A stretch of 37,155 nt of DNA from a virus. Taxonomy: Duplodnaviria > Caudoviricetes. The position numbers and the translations under genes were made by a program. The stretch covers positions 1 to 37,155 of the IMG/VR virus record IMGVR_UViG_3300021963_010582. One strand, written 5' to 3'. Shown here piece after piece: positions 17,131 to 25,052 of the stretch. Below the pieces are notes generated by a model, which did not search any database, had not been told where the DNA came from, and saw only the letters and a program-made list of their open reading frames with translations. The number at the start of each line of letters is the position of its first letter. Position 1 is the stretch's first letter.

Positions 17131-18374
17131 TTAGGGGGCTCCGATGGGGCAATCGCTCCGGTGGGCGGCAGCAATCCTGCCTGGGTGATGGGCACGTTCT
17201 GCATCTGCATGCGGGGGACATCGCCGCCTTCGACGGGCGGCAGGTTCTCAAGGGCGCGAACCTCGTTGATGGTCATCACGCCATTGGAGAGCATCTGCTG
17301 GTAGAAGGAGGCCCGCGCGCTGCTATCGCCGCGCAGCAGGCCTTCGAGGTTGAATTCGATGACAAGCCCGGCCTGACGGTCAGCGGGCGACAGGAGCTGC
17401 TTGGCGAGCGCCTGTTCGATCCGCTTCAAACGTCGACGCAACGTGAACTTCTGGAACCCCAGCGTCTGCTGCTCGAGGCCGGTGCCCCAGCTGGTGGTCT
17501 TCTCGGTGTGCCCGACCATGAAAGGCGGCACGCCGAAAAAGCGGCAGACCTCCTCGACCGAGAAGGCCCGGCTCTGCAGCATCTGTGCATCTTCCGGGCT
17601 GATCGAGAGCTGGACCCAGTCCATCCCGCGATCGAGCAGCATGGGCCGCCCGGCATTGATCGCACCGGCAAACTTCTCCTGCAGCAGTTCCTCGGCCATT
17701 TTACGTTGGTCGAGGGTCAGGGTGTCGGCGGTCTTCAAGAGACCCGAGGGACGCACGCCGTTTCGGAAGGTGTCGCCCGAGGCCCGTTCGATCGCCTGTG
17801 CGAGCCCGAAGGTCTGGCGGCCGAACGACAGGGTAGAGAGGCCGCCGAGCGGATTGCCGCCAAAGCCCCGGATGTGAAGCATGTTGTCTTGGCCGACCAC
17901 CGACCGGATACCGTTGTCGGACCACTCATATTCCAGGCTACCGTCACGCAGACGGCGCACTGTCATCAGTTCCGGCGCAATCGGCACGCTGAGCGCTACG
18001 ACCCGGCCGTTGCTGCCCCGGATGATTTCGGCGTACGCATTGCCGTTCAGTTCAATGCAGGCGCAAATGAATTCCCAGAAGTCGACCGCGGTCTGGTCGG
18101 CATTCGGGCTGTCGTGCAGGATGCGGTAGAGTGGGTGATCACTCGCAACCGTCCGCGCGCCACCTCGGGTCCGGTAAACCATCAGCGGCAGCGAGGCGAT
18201 CGTACCGGCCAGCAGGTTGACGCAGGCCCAGGCCGAGGCGAGCCCCAGGACCGAGGTGGTCGAGACCAGTTCACCCGTCGTTGTGGTGCGCCCGCCGGCT
18301 GCCTGGACCAGTCGTGGATTGGTGAGGCCGATGGTGCGGGCAATGTAGCCGAGCGCCTTTTGAAACAGATTCAC
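17127..18374 (-). CDS. Portal protein, HK97 family
   Basis: ACVNLLAGTIASLPL, GNAYAEI, LHIRGF and EVCRFFGVPPFMVG motifs. Confidence 0.97.
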   Translation of the reverse strand: MNLFQKALGYIARTIGLTNPRLVQAAGGRTTTTGELVSTTSVLGLASAWACVNLLAGTIASLPLMVYRTRGGARTVASDHPLYRILHDSPNADQTAVDFWEFICACIELNGNAYAEIIRGSNGRVVALSVPIAPELMTVRRLRDGSLEYEWSDNGIRSVVGQDNMLHIRGFGGNPLGGLSTLSFGRQTFGLAQAIERASGDTFRNGVRPSGLLKTADTLTLDQRKMAEELLQEKFAGAINAGRPMLLDRGMDWVQLSISPEDAQMLQSRAFSVEEVCRFFGVPPFMVGHTEKTTSWGTGLEQQTLGFQKFTLRRRLKRIEQALAKQLLSPADRQAGLVIEFNLEGLLRGDSSARASFYQQMLSNGVMTINEVRALENLPPVEGGDVPRMQMQNVPITQAGLLPPTGAIAPSEPPK

Positions 18375-20194
18375 GGCGCCAGGCTCTTCAGCCAGTCGTC
18401 AATGGAGCCGCTGGTGTCGCCCGCCATTGCCGCCCCCACTGCCATGCACAGCGCGACGGCTGCGTCGATCTTGTTGATAGCCCGCTGCTTGGAGAGCCAC
18501 TTGTTGTCCCAACGGTCGGTCTCGGTGACCGCCGACATCATTGCGGAAATCAGGACTGGATTGCGCTTCAGGCGGATCCGGCCTTCAAGGATCAGTTCTT
18601 CCAGATGCCGAAGGGAGCCCGGCATCCATAGGCCTTCGGTCATCTCGCCCGCCGGCTTGGCCCGTTTGGTCCCGCCTTGCGGGTGCTCGACAAAGGTCAG
18701 GTCGAGGCCGAGTTCGGCGACTTCCTCTTCGAACCGGCGAAAGGCGTATCGGTCGTATGCGACCGCCTCGACCCGGTAGTCCGAAGCCATCTCGGCCAGA
18801 GCCTGCGCCACATGGCGAAAGCCGATGTTCTCGCCTTGCGGCGCATTCAGAAATCCATCGGCGACCCAGAGGTCGTAGGGCTGCTTGTCCCGAAGAACCC
18901 GCGCGCTAAGCGTATCGCCTGGCGTCCAGACTTCGACCCAGGCATCAAAACAGGGCTTCCCGTCCTTCTCGCCGTTCCTCTGGACTACCGCGAGTGCGGT
19001 CAGGTCCCGGTTCTGGCTGAGGTCTAGCCCGAGCCAGACCGGCTGGCCGGCCTTGGGTTCGAACTCTGCCAGGAGCGGCTCAAGCGTGGCCCGAGCCATC
19101 CAGGCAGTTTCGGCGTCGGTCCAGACGCAGAAGTGAAGCCTCAGAATTCCGTTCAGCTGTCCTGGGATCGCCTTGGCCTGGGCTACAACCTCGGTCAGGT
19201 ACTGCTCGGTGATGGTCACACCCAAGAGCGGGTTGGCCTTAATCCAGCAACTGGGGTCGGTCAGCGGGTCATCGCCATCATCGAGTGCGCAGACGTAGCT
19301 GAATGTCGTATCGTCGATGACCTGTCCCAGAAAGGTCGGGTCGGTCACCGCATCGGGGTTGCCAGCCGCCACCCGGACGGCGTGTTCATGTTCCTCCCAG
19401 GCAACCGAGTTACGGTCCGAGCCCGAATTGGTGATCATGAACAGCAGCGGATCGCGGCGGAACTTGAAGCCGCGTTCCAGCATCTCGATGATCGATCGGT
19501 CGGGTAGCTCGTGGATTTCGTCCGCCAGCACAAAGTATGGACGCGGGCCCGAGCCGGTTTTGCCGGTATCGCGCGAGACAGGACGGAAGAAGCTTCCGCT
19601 AGCCAGGTGCGCGATGTTGAACTCTCGCCCCGGGCCGCCCGAAAAGTTCAGCCGCTTGTCCAAGGCCGGTGATTGCCGGACCATGCGCACCGCGTCGCGA
19701 AACAGGATATTGGCCTGCTCCTTTTTGGCAGCCGCCGCGTATATCTGTGCGCCAGCCTCCTTGCAGGCGGTCATGCCGTAGATGCCGATGCCGCCAGCAA
19801 CCGGCGACTTCCCGTTACCTTTTCCTTGTTCGATGTATGCCCGGCGGAACCGGCGGCGGCCATCCTTGCGCTTCCAGCCGAAAAGGGAACCAATGATGAA
19901 TGCCTGGCTGGGCTGGAGCTCGAAGGGCTGGCCTTCGAACTGGCCTTCGGAGAGCTTCAGTACTTCCTCAAAGAAAGCGAAGGCGTGGTTGGCGGCCTCA
20001 AAGTCGAACCAGATGCCGTCTTTGCGCTTTAGGTCCGCGATGTGTCGTTTGCAGGCATTACGAACGTGCGGTCCTGCAACAATCTCGCCTGCGACCACGG
20101 CCCTGGCATAAGCTAGCGTTCGGTCAGGCGAAGAACCGGTCGGCGGGGTCGCCACCTTCTTCTGGCGGCTCGGCCGAGATCCTGCTCCTGGCAC
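18371..20194 (-). CDS. terL: Terminase large subunit (start uncertain)
   Basis: Walker A GKGNGKS, Walker B LADEIHE, nuclease GLDLS...D and KIDAAVA. Confidence 0.96.
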   Translation of the reverse strand: MPGAGSRPSRQKKVATPPTGSSPDRTLAYARAVVAGEIVAGPHVRNACKRHIADLKRKDGIWFDFEAANHAFAFFEEVLKLSEGQFEGQPFELQPSQAFIIGSLFGWKRKDGRRRFRRAYIEQGKGNGKSPVAGGIGIYGMTACKEAGAQIYAAAAKKEQANILFRDAVRMVRQSPALDKRLNFSGGPGREFNIAHLASGSFFRPVSRDTGKTGSGPRPYFVLADEIHELPDRSIIEMLERGFKFRRDPLLFMITNSGSDRNSVAWEEHEHAVRVAAGNPDAVTDPTFLGQVIDDTTFSYVCALDDGDDPLTDPSCWIKANPLLGVTITEQYLTEVVAQAKAIPGQLNGILRLHFCVWTDAETAWMARATLEPLLAEFEPKAGQPVWLGLDLSQNRDLTALAVVQRNGEKDGKPCFDAWVEVWTPGDTLSARVLRDKQPYDLWVADGFLNAPQGENIGFRHVAQALAEMASDYRVEAVAYDRYAFRRFEEEVAELGLDLTFVEHPQGGTKRAKPAGEMTEGLWMPGSLRHLEELILEGRIRLKRNPVLISAMMSAVTETDRWDNKWLSKQRAINKIDAAVALCMAVGAAMAGDTSGSIDDWLKSLAP

Positions 20195-20606
20195 TGGGCG
20201 TCATCCCGAATTCTGCGGCGTAACGCATCATGTCCGCCGCTGCCTTGTTGGCGGTGCCGACCAGTGGGTTCTGGATCGCGTTGCCGTTTGATGTCTTGAT
20301 CATCAGACCGCCGGTCAGCTGATCCTTCTCGGCCATCTTGGCGATTGCCCGTTCGGCCTGGACCCAGCGGCCATAGGCCATGGCGTAGGCAGCGAGCGCC
20401 GCCCGGTCGATCTCGGATAGGATACCGAGGTTGTAGAGCTCGGTTGCGACCCGGTTCCATTCCTCGACCGCATCGGCCGTCAGATGGTGGGGCGGCGCCG
20501 GTATGGCTGCCTTGGCTTTGGCTTCCTTCCGATTGACCTGCCTTTTGCCGGGATTGGAGGTCACAAGCTTGAGCTGCGTGGGCTTCGGCTTTCTGCCGGT
20601 AATCAT
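20124..20606 (-). CDS. terS: Terminase small subunit, P27 family
   Basis: GRKPKPT.LK...NPGKR, QNPLV and EFGMTPSARSRI motifs. Confidence 0.95.
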   Translation of the reverse strand: MITGRKPKPTQLKLVTSNPGKRQVNRKEAKAKAAIPAPPHHLTADAVEEWNRVATELYNLGILSEIDRAALAAYAMAYGRWVQAERAIAKMAEKDQLTGGLMIKTSNGNAIQNPLVGTANKAAADMMRYAAEFGMTPSARSRISAEPPEEGGDPADRFFA

Positions 20607-21856
20607 GCAGCCTCAGCTATTCTCCCGCCTGCGATTTCGTCGAAGGTGCGGCCATCACCCTCGAGGGTCGCAGCCTTGCCGGTAAAGTCCTGCCAGCGCT
20701 TCACGGCCACATCGATATATGCGGGATTGAGCTCGATGGCGTGGATGGCGCGGCCGGTCATTTCACCGGCGATGATCGTGGTGCCAGAGCCAGAGAACGG
20801 CTCGTAAACGGCCTGGCCAGGGCTGGAATTGTTCTCGATGGGGCGCTTCATACACTCGACCGGTTTCTGGGTCCCGTGACCCGTCTCGTTCTTCTTCGGC
20901 TTTGCGATGTGCCAGACGGTCGTCTGCTTGCGGTCGCCCGCCCAGTGGCCTTTCGCGCCCTTTTTCACAGCATACCAGCACGGCTCATGCTCCCAATGGT
21001 AGTCGCCGCGCGAGAGCACGAGCTGGCCCTTGTCCCAGATGATCTGGGAGCGAAGCATCAGATCGCAGGCCGCTAGGCTGTCACCCACAACCCCGGCATA
21101 GAGCCCAGCGTGCCAGACATAGGCGACGTCACCCGGGAACAGCGCCCAGGCTTCGCGCCAGTCGGCTTTATCGTCGTTCAGCACCTTGCCCTTGGCGGTG
21201 CCGGAAGCAGCGACCCCAGCCTTTTCGCGCCAAGCCGGGTCATACTCGACGCCGTAGGGAGGATCGGTGACCATCAGGTGGGGCGTGACGCCGTTAAGGA
21301 CCTTCGCGACGGTTTCCGCATCGGTGCTGTCGCCGCAGACCAGCCGGTGCTTGCCCAGCAACCAGACATCGCCTGGCTTGGCGACGGGATCGATCGGAGC
21401 CTCAGGGATCTCGTCCGGATCGGTGTTGCCCTCGGTCTTCTCGGCCAGCAGCTTCGACAACTCGTCATCCGAGAACCCGGTCAGCATCAGGTCGAAGTCG
21501 AAGCCCTGCAGATCGCCGAGTTCGACGGCCAGCAGTTCGAGATCCCAACCCGCGTTCAGCGCCAGCTTGTTATCCGCGATGACGTAGGCCTTCTTCTGGG
21601 CTTCACTCCAGCCCTTGGCGACCATGGTCGGGATCTGGGTCAAGCCCAGCTTTCGCGCAGCAAGCAGACGGCCATGACCAGCGATCAGGCCGCCATCTTC
21701 ATCGACGAGGATCGGATTGGTCCAGCCCCATTCGCGGATTGAGGCCGCGATCTGGGCGACCTGCTCGTCCGAGTGCGTGCGAGAGTTGCGCGCGTAGGGC
21801 GTGATCTTCTCTATCGGCCAGAGCTCGCTGCTCTGGGCCGGCCAGTTCTGATCCAT
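20603..21856 (-). CDS. ParB-N-terminal-domain DNA methyltransferase (N6A/N4C, beta class)
   Basis: N-terminal ParB-like PILVD...IAGHGR...ADNK, catalytic TDPPY, HGTQKP, SAM-binding EPFSGSGTT. Confidence 0.95.
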   Translation of the reverse strand: MDQNWPAQSSELWPIEKITPYARNSRTHSDEQVAQIAASIREWGWTNPILVDEDGGLIAGHGRLLAARKLGLTQIPTMVAKGWSEAQKKAYVIADNKLALNAGWDLELLAVELGDLQGFDFDLMLTGFSDDELSKLLAEKTEGNTDPDEIPEAPIDPVAKPGDVWLLGKHRLVCGDSTDAETVAKVLNGVTPHLMVTDPPYGVEYDPAWREKAGVAASGTAKGKVLNDDKADWREAWALFPGDVAYVWHAGLYAGVVGDSLAACDLMLRSQIIWDKGQLVLSRGDYHWEHEPCWYAVKKGAKGHWAGDRKQTTVWHIAKPKKNETGHGTQKPVECMKRPIENNSSPGQAVYEPFSGSGTTIIAGEMTGRAIHAIELNPAYIDVAVKRWQDFTGKAATLEGDGRTFDEIAGGRIAEAA

Positions 21857-21878
21857 AGATGTCCTTGAAACGGGTTCG

Positions 21879-21906
21879 GCCGCAGAAGCCCAGAAGGGCT
21901 TGCGGC
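21879..21906. repeat. Inverted repeat between the methyltransferase start and the tRNA
   Basis: GCCGCA(GA)AGCCC-AGAA-GGGCTTGCGGC, an 11-bp stem with a 2-nt bulge. Confidence 0.55.
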
Positions 21907-21949
21907 ACTTGTTTGCGATGTTGGTAAGCCGCTATGGGCGTTGGAGGTG

Positions 21950-22026
21950 GGGCCTGTAGCTCAGTTGGTTAGAGCTGGCCGCTCATAACGGCTAGGTCGC
22001 GGGTTCGAGTCCTGCCGGGCCCACCA
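21950..22026 (+). tRNA. tRNA with CAT anticodon, most likely tRNA-Ile2 (lysidine, reads AUA)
   Basis: Acceptor GGGCCTG/CGGGCCC-A-CCA, D arm TAGCTCAGTTGGTTAGAGC, anticodon arm GGCCG-CTCATAA-CGGCT, T loop GTTCGAGTC. C4:G69 and C5:G68 pairs as in TilS substrates. Lacks the initiator C1:A72 mismatch. Confidence 0.95.
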
Positions 22027-22027
22027 A

Positions 22028-22252
22028 TCAAATCAGTTCGAGCTCGTTCAGAACCTTCGCTGCGTCCAACAGCTGGTCGGTCTGCACGGAGATCTCGATC
22101 GTGAAACTATCGGCGGTTGCGCTGGCGCAGACGCCGCCCTCGTAGAGTTCCTGCTCGATCGTCTCGATCACCGTAATGATCCGGCTACGGTCAAAGTTCT
22201 CCGGCAGCGTGCGGATCGCGAGGCGGATCGTGCTGATGATGCCCACGCTCAT
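22028..22252 (-). CDS. Small hypothetical protein
   Basis: 74 aa, ATGA overlap with the upstream ORF, alternating helix/strand pattern. Confidence 0.7.
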   Translation of the reverse strand: MSVGIISTIRLAIRTLPENFDRSRIITVIETIEQELYEGGVCASATADSFTIEISVQTDQLLDAAKVLNELELI

Positions 22253-22617
22253 TCTGCGTCTGCCATGATCTCGTAAAGGCCGACAAAGCCGGTCAGGTAA
22301 GGCAGGCCCTTTGGAATGCCATGGTCCCGCGCGGTGGTGCGGTCGATCTTCCAGCCCATCCAGCGGGTGATGGCGGCGTCGATCGCCACCTCAAGGGTGA
22401 GGCCAGCGTGGATCCCGTTGTGCACATCGTCAGCAAAGTGCCGGCCGTGGCTGCTGTCGAGGAAATCCCGCACCCCTTCGGCGCTACCCATCGTGACCTT
22501 GGCAATCGCCGGGAAGGCGATCTCCCAAGCTTTGTCGGCATCTGTGAAGCCCGCTGCGGTTCCGAAGAAGCCCCAGTCTTCGTTGGTGGTCGGAAGGGTC
22601 GAGTTGGTCATTTGCAT
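22249..22617 (-). CDS. Hypothetical phage protein
   Basis: 122 aa, GGAG RBS, distinctive NEDWGFFGT and RDFLDSSHGRHFADDV segments. Confidence 0.8.
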   Translation of the reverse strand: MQMTNSTLPTTNEDWGFFGTAAGFTDADKAWEIAFPAIAKVTMGSAEGVRDFLDSSHGRHFADDVHNGIHAGLTLEVAIDAAITRWMGWKIDRTTARDHGIPKGLPYLTGFVGLYEIMADAE

Positions 22618-22699
22618 CGCTCCGTTTTCGTGAAGCGACTACCGCTCTTATCGCGGTGACTATCCAGTCAATTCGATGGAAAATATCGACTTTATGGAA

Positions 22700-22792
22700 G
22701 CTGACCCCCGGTCCGAGTTTCGCGGGTGCGAAAAGTTTGGACTAAGCGCGGTGTCCCCCGCCGAGGACCCAGACTTTCGAACCGCCCCCCGG
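22700..22792. other. Candidate cos packaging region
   Basis: Non-coding, immediately downstream of HNH and upstream of the terminase module. Dyad GGAC-N10-GTCC at 22739-22756, flanked by C runs. Confidence 0.5.
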
Positions 22793-22797
22793 CCTGG

Positions 22798-23064
22798 TCA
22801 CCCGATCGGCCACCCGTCCGGGCCCACGGAAACCGTCTTGCGTCGGCCGAATTGTTCAGCAGTCCGCTTGGCATGGCAGTCGGCGCAGAGGCAGCGAATG
22901 TTGCTGTCCTCGTCCGATCCGCCATGGGTCAGCGGCACAATGTGGTCAGGTACGGTCGCCTCGCGGACAATCCCGGCGGATGCGCAATCGCGGCAGAGTG
23001 GTTCGGCCTTTAATCGACGCAGGCGCTGCGCCATGCCTTGGCGTCCCCGAAGTCGTTCAGCCAT
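22798..23064 (-). CDS. HNH endonuclease (HK97 gp74-like terminase cofactor)
   Basis: Start MAERLRG at 23064. EPLCRDC...DHIVPL..GG....NIRCLCADCH.KRT, C-terminal DGWP. Confidence 0.93.
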   Translation of the reverse strand: MAERLRGRQGMAQRLRRLKAEPLCRDCASAGIVREATVPDHIVPLTHGGSDEDSNIRCLCADCHAKRTAEQFGRRKTVSVGPDGWPIG

Positions 23065-23081
23065 CGCACAACGCCTGCAAT

Positions 23082-23114
23082 GAGAAACGCCCGGAAGCTG
23101 GAAAGCCCCGGGCG
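23082..23114 (-). terminator. Intrinsic terminator upstream of HNH (tR'-like)
   Basis: mRNA CGCCCGG-GGCTTTCCAGCTT-CCGGGCG-TTTCTC. Confidence 0.65.
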
Positions 23115-23140
23115 CAACTCGCATCTCTACATTTCGGAAA

Positions 23141-23169
23141 CATCTACACCAAAGCAATGACCTCGTCAA
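23141..23169 (-). promoter_or_regulatory. Sigma70-type late promoter candidate
   Basis: -35 TTGACG (23169-23164), 17-bp spacer, -10 TAGATG (23146-23141), with AT-rich sequence upstream. Confidence 0.55.
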
Positions 23170-23235
23170 TGCATTTGTTGCTAATTATCCTTGAATCACA
23201 GTTTGTTATTTCAAGTGGTAGGCGGACGGAACTGA

Positions 23236-23817
23236 CTACAAACTGTCCTTCTTGATGTGGAACAGGGAAACCAGCGCTTCGAGCCCATGCCCCAGATTCC
23301 GAATGTCAGCATCGCCCCAAGCCGAAGCGTCGGCCTCGTAGCAGACCACAGCATGAACCAGGACACTCGGACGCCGACCCGTCGCAGCTACCGCATCGCT
23401 GTCGGCAGTCCGGAGTATCAGGATCGTCGCTGCCGCACGCTTTCGGATCTTCGCCACATAGTCCGGGTCGTACTCCATTATGCTGCGCCCGAAGATCCCT
23501 TCATCAAGCAGCAGACCTCCCGCTGAATGAGGGTGGAGTGGCGGCAGCCCCATGACCGCGCGGTTGCGGGCCATTAGGTCCCCATAGAGCTCGGCAGCTG
23601 CCAGCTGCTCTGGGGTGATCTTGCCGGCGAACGCCAGCCGCCCGATTGCGGAACCGAGGCGCTCGTCCTTCGCCTGCCGCGCGCTCACGCCATACTGGCG
23701 CTGGCGTGCTTCAAGCACGGTCGCGGTGACTTCGCGCTGGGTCTCGGCTTTGCCCGGCTGGACCAGCTTGCCGCATGGGTGGCGGCGGCCCGCCTTGCGC
23801 TTACGACCGCGAGCCAC
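23236..23817 (-). CDS. Hypothetical protein, putative late-gene regulator
   Basis: 193 aa, basic N-terminus MARGRKRKAGRRHPCGKL, occupies the Q position just upstream of the promoter-terminator pair. Confidence 0.6.
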   Translation of the reverse strand: MARGRKRKAGRRHPCGKLVQPGKAETQREVTATVLEARQRQYGVSARQAKDERLGSAIGRLAFAGKITPEQLAAAELYGDLMARNRAVMGLPPLHPHSAGGLLLDEGIFGRSIMEYDPDYVAKIRKRAAATILILRTADSDAVAATGRRPSVLVHAVVCYEADASAWGDADIRNLGHGLEALVSLFHIKKDSL

Positions 23818-24070
23818 GGATGATCTCCGGCATTAGCGCCGCATAGCCAATCACATCGATTGGGCCGTCGGCATAATTGGGGTCGTGGGCAAGCCGAGCG
23901 AGCTTCAGGTCGATCATGCAAAGCGCGACCTGCTGTGCCGTCACGGGCGTGCCAAGGGTGATTGACCAACGCTGAGCAATGGCCTCCATCTGAGCTTTGG
24001 GATCGCCGTAGGCCGCACCACGATCTTCAAGCACTTGCGCCACGCGCTTCAGGAAACCGACCGCGCTCAC
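23801..24070 (-). CDS. DUF6378-like protein
   Basis: DRGAAYGDP...IAQRWS...QVALCMIDLKLARL...D..IDVIGYAA. Confidence 0.8.
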   Translation of the reverse strand: MSAVGFLKRVAQVLEDRGAAYGDPKAQMEAIAQRWSITLGTPVTAQQVALCMIDLKLARLAHDPNYADGPIDVIGYAALMPEIIRGSRS

Positions 24071-24606
24071 CGGACACCTCCACGGGTCTGGATGGCCCAG
24101 AGCAGGATGGCGATGGCATCGGCTTCGTTATCGTCGGCGGGAGCAAATCCCTTGGCCTGAACGGCCGCGATGACAGCTGCCTTGTCGGCATTGCCCTTGC
24201 CTGTGGCGAAGCGCTTGATCGTGCCCACCGGCACGCCCTGGTAGGCGACCAGATGCTCTTCGCACCAAGAGGTCAGCATTCCCAGCAGGCCGCCATAGAC
24301 ATGCGCCGCATCGGTGCCGACGTGACGACGGACCTCTTCGAAGTAGACTGCCTCAACCGGACCGGCATCCATATCGAGCTGTTCGAGCCAACGCCGGAAG
24401 CGCAGGTAGCGCATGCCGCCACCATCGTAGCGAGTATGCTTCAGCGAGACTGTGCCGGTCGTGATCTGGTCATCTGGGGACTGGAGGGCCCAGCCAGCAC
24501 TGGTGCCGAGATCGAGGGCAAGAACGGCACCGCGAGTGATTGTGCCACTTTGCCGGTATTGGAAACTATCGGGGCAGGCTGCGGCCTGCAATTCTGGCAC
24601 GGTCAT
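24067..24606 (-). CDS. RuvC-like Holliday junction resolvase
   Basis: LALDLGT..GWA, YFEEV, IKRFATGKGNADK and DDNEADA motifs. GAGGAGG RBS. Confidence 0.85.
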   Translation of the reverse strand: MTVPELQAAACPDSFQYRQSGTITRGAVLALDLGTSAGWALQSPDDQITTGTVSLKHTRYDGGGMRYLRFRRWLEQLDMDAGPVEAVYFEEVRRHVGTDAAHVYGGLLGMLTSWCEEHLVAYQGVPVGTIKRFATGKGNADKAAVIAAVQAKGFAPADDNEADAIAILLWAIQTRGGVR

Positions 24607-24726
24607 GACGACCTCCTCTTCGTGTGGGGTGGTTGGGGCGAGGCAATGGGCCGGTGAAGGCTGGCAGCTCGCCCGAACCCGAAGTGGGTCTGGTCAGGTC
24701 GTCATCCGGACGGGGGGCGCCGTCCG
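24604..24726 (-). ncRNA. Candidate structured cis-regulatory leader of the resolvase operon
   Basis: A 10-bp stem 24605-24614/24696-24705 covers part of the RBS and AUG and encloses stems 24636-24642/24668-24674 and 24677-24680/24686-24689. A separate 7-bp hairpin lies at 24707-24726. Confidence 0.5.
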
Positions 24727-24753
24727 AGATCTTTCTAAGGCTTCAAGGGGGCG

Positions 24754-24904
24754 GATTGAAACATTGGCCACCCAAGCCCGCGGGATTCCTAGGTAATATA
24801 TAATCTTTCAATTATTCAATATTTCTAGGGGGTACCTCTCTAACTCTTAAAACGCGCGCGTACGCGAGGCTATATACAGGGCACCCCTTGAAAGATTGAA
24901 ACAT
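24754..24904. repeat. AT-rich repeat cluster, candidate replication origin
   Basis: GATTGAAACAT at 24754 and 24894, inverted pair AATCTTTCAA (24802)/TTGAAAGATT (24888), palindrome CGCGTACGCG (24857). Downstream of the primase-helicase gene. Confidence 0.6.
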
Positions 24905-25052
24905 CTCCGGATTTCGATTTTCTCCAGCTTCTCCATGGGGTCGGAGGGGTGAATTCTTCATTTTAAAGCATTTGGGCCGCTGAAGCATTAGCCAGCCGTG
25001 GCATATGCCACGCCGAGCTGCCTTGGGCCCGCTGTGGTTCGACGCTCTCCAT

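Noticed and set aside
21950-22026. tRNA as the prophage attachment site
   Set aside because: It is internal to the phage modules, no duplicated 3' fragment was seen, and the integrase is a distant serine recombinase.
23181-23195. CtrA-like box CTAA-N7-TGAA upstream of the late promoter
   Set aside because: Two mismatches to TTAA-N7-TTAA in AT-rich DNA, not distinguishable from chance.
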